Source of the DNA: Elusimicrobiota bacterium
GTDB taxonomy: Bacteria; CG03; SLGR01; JAGXOG01
Length of the DNA stretch: 21,944 bases
Reading direction: 5' to 3'
Assembly (NCBI GenBank): GCA_051745145.1
Contig: JBNJDT010000022.1
Coordinates: 1-21,944 of the forward strand
The position numbers and the translations under genes are program-made. Each line of letters opens with the position of its first letter. The first letter of the stretch is position 1. The notes under the pieces were generated by a model that ran no database searches, had not been told where the DNA came from, and saw only the letters and a program-made list of their open reading frames with translations. Positions 18,033 through 21,944 of this stretch are shown piece after piece.

Positions 18033-19478
18033 TTATTTTTTAAGTTTTAACCCTCCTTTTTCTATCCGGTATTTAATTATACTCTTATCGTGCTGTATTC
18101 CCCGCATTTTAAGTACATTAAAAACTCTTTCTACTTTATCTTCACTTTCAACATAAAGCATAATCAATATACCGTCGGTTATAGAACTCAATCGTAAAGT
18201 ATTTGTCTTTAAAGCGGAAAGCAAATTAGTTCCGGAAGCTCCGAAATTTGCCGAAGCTAAATAATTCAATATGGAAGTAGTGCCTTGAGCTTTTAAAAAA
18301 TCATTTAACTGTATCAGAAATTTTCTCACATCATTATCTCCCATAGCCGCGGATTCTAAACTGGATACCGAATCTATAAGTAGGCGTGTCGCTCCCGTTT
18401 TCTCAATTTCATCTTTGATATCATTTAACAGTTTATTGGGCCGGGTATCTAAAAGATTGGCTGTTATAAAAGAGATCTGTCCGTTTTTTTCCATCTTATC
18501 CAGATCCCATCCGTGTTCCAAGGCGGTCTTTTTAATCTGTATCTTAGACTCTTCTAAGGCCACCATCACGGATTTATTGCCGTTTTCTATACCTTTAATT
18601 AAAAATTTGAGGCCAAAAAGAGTCTTCCCCGTTCCCGAATTACCGGACAGTAATACAGTATGGCCTTTTGGAATACCGCCGGACATAGCCGAATCAACTC
18701 CCGCCATCCCCGTTTTTAATCTACTTTTAAAATCTGTTTTAGCAGATAATTCTTCGGATACTAACCTGGAAAAGACCCTCATCCCTTTGTGGTTTATTTC
18801 ATACTCCACTATCCCGCTTCTAAAATCACAGCCCCTGAGTTTTCTTACAAACATTTTCCTTATAAATTCCAGCTCTCCCTCTTCCATTTTAAGTTCGATA
18901 GCTCCGTCAGTAACAAACTCTTCCACCCCGTAGCGGGTATTTCCCGGTTTATCGTTTAACGATTCCATAGCTATGAGACCGGTTACTTTCTTCTCCTTCA
19001 GGGCACTGCTTAACCGGTATATTGTATTTCTTATTATTTCTTTATTTTTAAACCGGGAAAAAAGTGAATCTATACCGTCGATCACTACTCTTTTGGCTCC
19101 GACTTTATCCACCGCATAAAGAACTCTTTCAATTATGGGAGACATATCAAAATCCTCTTTGATTATCATTACTTCTCCCGAAATCTCCGGAGTCATATCT
19201 ACAATATACAGTTTATCTTTCTCTTCAAACTTATCGTAATCCCAGCCGAATCCTTTTACATTCTTTTTTATATCTCTGGGGGGTTCTTCAAATGTTATCA
19301 GGACTCCGTTCTGTGAAAATCTCTGTATACCCTCATACAAAAAGCTATTTAACATAACCGATTTACCGGCACCCGCCGAGCCGGAAACTACCACCATCCG
19401 GTGTTCGGGAATTCCACCTTTAAGCATTTTATCCAATCCATCTATACCTGTCTGTAATTTTTTTACTGCTTCAGTCAT
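18033..19478 (-). CDS. kaiC: KaiC-family double-domain ATPase (circadian clock protein KaiC homolog, 481 aa)
   Basis: Two RecA-like domains: TGIDGLD..GG, GSAGAGKS, TFEE, RYGVEEFVTD, RKLRG; and TG..GVD..GG, GNSGTGKT, LEES, IDSVS, LSSITD..L.YVE, VLKMRG. B-loop region DMTPE...FDMSPIIERV present. Confidence 0.93.
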   Translation of the reverse strand: MTEAVKKLQTGIDGLDKMLKGGIPEHRMVVVSGSAGAGKSVMLNSFLYEGIQRFSQNGVLITFEEPPRDIKKNVKGFGWDYDKFEEKDKLYIVDMTPEISGEVMIIKEDFDMSPIIERVLYAVDKVGAKRVVIDGIDSLFSRFKNKEIIRNTIYRLSSALKEKKVTGLIAMESLNDKPGNTRYGVEEFVTDGAIELKMEEGELEFIRKMFVRKLRGCDFRSGIVEYEINHKGMRVFSRLVSEELSAKTDFKSRLKTGMAGVDSAMSGGIPKGHTVLLSGNSGTGKTLFGLKFLIKGIENGNKSVMVALEESKIQIKKTALEHGWDLDKMEKNGQISFITANLLDTRPNKLLNDIKDEIEKTGATRLLIDSVSSLESAAMGDNDVRKFLIQLNDFLKAQGTTSILNYLASANFGASGTNLLSALKTNTLRLSSITDGILIMLYVESEDKVERVFNVLKMRGIQHDKSIIKYRIEKGGLKLKK

Positions 19479-19755
19479 TTTTATACTCCTTTATAATTTT
19501 ATTCCAGGTCTCCTCTTTATGAGGAAAATCACCTACAATTTTTATCTTAGGTTCCGGTTCTACTCTCAATATAGTAGGGGTTATCATTATGTTGTTAATT
19601 TCTGCCCTCTCGGGATTATCCGATACGGATACCAGGTCAACTTCCGGAATTTTATCTAACTTTTCCTTAAATTTATTTTTAAACTTATCTACTTTCTCTT
19701 TCAGGGTGAAATTATTTCCCGTGTAATAAACTTCAAATTTAAAATCTTGATTCAT
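19471..19755 (-). CDS. kaiB: Divergent KaiB-family protein (94 aa)
   Basis: VSDNPERAEINNIMITPTILRVEPEPKIKIVGDF matches the KaiB pattern V..nP.lAE...I.aTPTL.k..P.P...iiGDl; overlaps kaiC by 8 bp (ATGACTGA). Confidence 0.85.
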   Translation of the reverse strand: MNQDFKFEVYYTGNNFTLKEKVDKFKNKFKEKLDKIPEVDLVSVSDNPERAEINNIMITPTILRVEPEPKIKIVGDFPHKEETWNKIIKEYKND

Positions 19756-19774
19756 AGCATTCCTTTACTCCTCA

Positions 19775-20890
19775 TTACTTATTTTTATTCTTTTCAATTG
19801 TAATCTTAAATTTTGCGCCCTTACCTTTTCCATCACTTTTTACCGTAATATCTCCTCTGAGTTTCTGGAGAATATCCTTACAGGTAGGCAGTCCCAGGCC
19901 TGTCCCTTTCTTGCCTTTTGTGGTGTAGTAGGGTTCAAATATTTTTTCAATATTTTCTTTTTCTATACCCTCTCCGGTATCTTCTATTACAATCTTCAGG
20001 TAATCTTCTTTTTCTTCCGTCTTTAAAGTTAAAACTTTTTCAGAAGAATTTTTCATACTTTCTATGGCGTTCTTTATCAGGTTGGTAAATACTTCTTCTA
20101 AGTGAAACCGGCTGGTTTTTATTTTGGATATTTTATCACTGTACTGTTTTCGTATTTTTATTTTATTTTTATTATATTTATCTACTAAATCTAAAGAATT
20201 TTCTAATAAATCATTTATATTCAAGCGGTTTAATTGAAAATCACGGTCCTTTGTAAAACCTAAAAAGCCTTTAATTGTAGAAGAAATCCGGTCGGAATTT
20301 TCTTTTATAACTTTTAGATCCTCCCTGACTTCTTTCCCTAACTGTTCTTCTAAAAGAAGTTGGGCGGTAGTCAGTATATTGGTTAAAGGATTATTTATCT
20401 CGTGAGCCACCCCGGCGGCCATCTGTCCTATATGGTAAATCCGTTCTTTTTCCATAATTTCTCTTTGCAATTTTTTTTGCCTCTGGCGCATCCTCTTCCT
20501 GTCATCTATATCTATTACTACCCCCGTTACGATTTTAGAATTTTCGGCGGTTTCAGTTACTGCTCCCACGTCCCGAAACCACTTGTATTCACCTGACTTT
20601 TTCTTAATCCGGTACTCAACTTCATATCTTTCTTTTTTACCTTCTAAATGATTTCTCATAGCTTTCATTGCCCGGTCGTGTTCTTCGGGATGAATCAGAT
20701 CGGTAAAATCGGAATAATGTTCAAACCTATCCGGAGAATATCCAAGCATCTTAGCTTTACGGTCGTTAAACCGTACTTTTCCCGATGGAAGATCCATTTC
20801 CCACCAGGCCAGTCGCCCTGCTTCCATAGCGTCTTCCAGCCGGGTCTTATAAATTTTTAACTGTTCTTTCAATTCTTCTTTAGATGTCAT
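19775..20890 (-). CDS. PAS(PAS_3/PAC)-domain histidine kinase (371 aa)
   Basis: LAWWEMDL, MLGYSP, IHPEE, VEYRIKKKSGEYKWFRDVG, DIDDRK; H-box AHEINNPLT; NLIKNA; DTGEGI; GTGLGL. GGAGGT RBS. Confidence 0.95.
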   Translation of the reverse strand: MTSKEELKEQLKIYKTRLEDAMEAGRLAWWEMDLPSGKVRFNDRKAKMLGYSPDRFEHYSDFTDLIHPEEHDRAMKAMRNHLEGKKERYEVEYRIKKKSGEYKWFRDVGAVTETAENSKIVTGVVIDIDDRKRMRQRQKKLQREIMEKERIYHIGQMAAGVAHEINNPLTNILTTAQLLLEEQLGKEVREDLKVIKENSDRISSTIKGFLGFTKDRDFQLNRLNINDLLENSLDLVDKYNKNKIKIRKQYSDKISKIKTSRFHLEEVFTNLIKNAIESMKNSSEKVLTLKTEEKEDYLKIVIEDTGEGIEKENIEKIFEPYYTTKGKKGTGLGLPTCKDILQKLRGDITVKSDGKGKGAKFKITIEKNKNK

Positions 20891-20943
20891 TTTCTGATTT
20901 TACCTCCATAATTATAATTCTTTAGAATTCAGCTATAATATTT

Positions 20944-21944
20944 TTATTTTTTATCCTTTTTAATTTTTGGTATTTTTAATATAAATTCTGCCCCCTTTTT
21001 CTTACCGGCGCTTTTAGCTTGGATATCACCGTCGAGTTTATCCATAATATCCTTACAGCTGGGAAGGCCCAGTCCTGTTCCTTTTTTACCCTTGGTTGTA
21101 TAATAGGGCTCAAATAATTTTCCTAAATTCTCTTCTTTTATTCCTTCCCCCGTATCTTTTACAATGACTTTTATATATTCTTCTTTTTCTTCTGTTTTTA
21201 AAGTTAATATTTTTTGGGAGGAATTTTCCATACTCTCTATGGCGTTTTTTATCAAATTGGTAAATACTTCTTCTAAATGAAAACGGCTGGTTTTTATATC
21301 GGACATATTCCTATCATATTTTTTTAGAATTTCAATATCATCCCGGCGCTCCTTATCTACCAGCTTAACAGTTTTATCCAGCAGTTTATTTACATCTACA
21401 AAGCTAAAATTAAAATCTCTGTCTTTTGTAAATCCCAGAAATCCTCTTACGGTGGCCGCTATTCTTTCGGTATTTTGTCTTATAATTTCTATATCATCGC
21501 GGTATTTTTTATCTATGTCTTCTTCTAAAAGCAACTGTGCGGTTGTAAGTACGTTGGTCAGAGGATTATTTATCTCGTGGGCCACCCCGGCGGCCATCTC
21601 TCCTAAGTGGTATACCCTTTCCCGTTTAACAATTAATTTTTTCATTTCCTGCTCTTTTTTCCGCATTTTCTTTATATTTGTAACATCCCTGCCTATAGCT
21701 ACAGACCCGATTATTTTACCGTCTTTATCTTTTAAAGAACTGGAATTCCATTCTATATATTTCTTTTTCCCGTCTTTATCGGTAATTATTGTTTCATAGC
21801 CCTCTACGGTTTCGTCGTTTTGAATTATATCCCGTACTTTTTGAAATACCTTTTCCCGGTATGCTTTTTCGGGGTAAAGTAATTCCCATATTTTATCGTT
21901 CCCTTTAACCTCTTCTTCAGAATAACCGGATATCTCTTCGGCCG
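20944..21944 (-). CDS. PAS/PAC histidine kinase, 5' end beyond the window
   Basis: The frame of the 240-aa ORF stays open to the window edge; the extension reads AEEISGYSEEEVKG...WELLYPE...YETIITDKDGKKKYIEWNSSSLKDKDGKIIGSVAIGRDVT (PAS/PAC), then AHEINNPLT, NLIKNA, DTGEGI, GTGLGL. Confidence 0.93.
   Translation of the reverse strand, partial: AEEISGYSEEEVKGNDKIWELLYPEKAYREKVFQKVRDIIQNDETVEGYETIITDKDGKKKYIEWNSSSLKDKDGKIIGSVAIGRDVTNIKKMRKKEQEMKKLIVKRERVYHLGEMAAGVAHEINNPLTNVLTTAQLLLEEDIDKKYRDDIEIIRQNTERIAATVRGFLGFTKDRDFNFSFVDVNKLLDKTVKLVDKERRDDIEILKKYDRNMSDIKTSRFHLEEVFTNLIKNAIESMENSSQKILTLKTEEKEEYIKVIVKDTGEGIKEENLGKLFEPYYTTKGKKGTGLGLPSCKDIMDKLDGDIQAKSAGKKKGAEFILKIPKIKKDKK

Larger units (their letters stand above)
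16979..21620 (-). repeat. Three dispersed paralogous copies of a ~660-bp HisKA-HATPase module (approx. 17010-17650, 19800-20430, 20970-21620)
   Basis: Shared peptides KTSRFHLEEV(L/F)TNLIKNA and TTKGKKGTGLGLP(T/S)CKDI; similarity visible in DNA, e.g. aaagttaaaactttttcagaagaattt near 17244 and 20025, and caggtaggcagtcccaggcc near 17100 and 19881. Confidence 0.85.

Noticed and set aside
18033..19755. Full cyanobacterial-type circadian clock (KaiABC-SasA-RpaA)
   Set aside because: No kaiA or sasA in the window and KaiC lacks the KaiA-binding tail; self-sustained rhythm cannot be claimed from sequence.
20911..20939. AATTCT-TT-AGAATT inverted repeat and TATAAT-like hexamers in the 53-bp gap before the 371-aa kinase
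   Set aside because: Short and very AT-rich, no convincing -35; could be an internal promoter but not distinguishable from chance.
20944..21666. ORF-track start at 21666 giving a sensor-less 240-aa kinase
   Set aside because: The frame stays open to the window edge and encodes a PAS/PAC domain; the real start is outside the window.
445..21799. All plus-strand ORFs in the track (60-198 aa) and the two short minus-strand ORFs at 13674-13943 and 13962-14300
   Set aside because: They lie antisense to or out of frame within well-supported genes and show no recognisable motifs; treated as shadow ORFs.
1..21944. CRISPR arrays, tRNA/rRNA, IS elements, Rho-independent terminators
   Set aside because: No regularly spaced direct repeats, transposase motifs or GC-rich hairpin plus poly-T found; intergenic spaces are too short for RNA genes.

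Overview
AT-rich bacterial window in which every credible gene is on the minus strand. The gene content (PorV-like barrel fused to TPRs, large secreted proteins with a 'YPNPF...WDGKN..G..VANG.Y' C-terminal domain, FecR-domain protein plus CHASE2 cyclase) resembles Elusimicrobiota or other deep-branching diderms; this taxonomy is an inference. Reading in the direction of transcription (21944 to 1) there are three blocks. (1) A tightly packed probable operon of 13-14 kb: two PAS histidine kinases, divergent kaiB, double-domain kaiC (no kaiA seen), a third paralogous PAS kinase, a REC-GAF hybrid kinase, an HTH-REC regulator, a 1356-aa Kelch/Fn3/Ig secreted protein, a stand-alone REC, a PorV-TPR protein and a TPR-TM-HEAT membrane protein. 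(2) A near-consensus sigma70 promoter, an unannotated 46-aa ORF and a CHASE2 class III adenylate cyclase. (3) A CRP-like box at class II spacing (-41.5) in front of a FecR-domain protein, an outer-membrane beta-barrel and a secreted protein of at least 831 aa that runs off the window. The best candidates for new biology are a KaiBC timer/switch apparently co-transcribed with T9SS-like secretion genes, and a cAMP/CRP-linked trans-envelope sensing module. No RNA genes, CRISPR arrays or mobile elements were seen.
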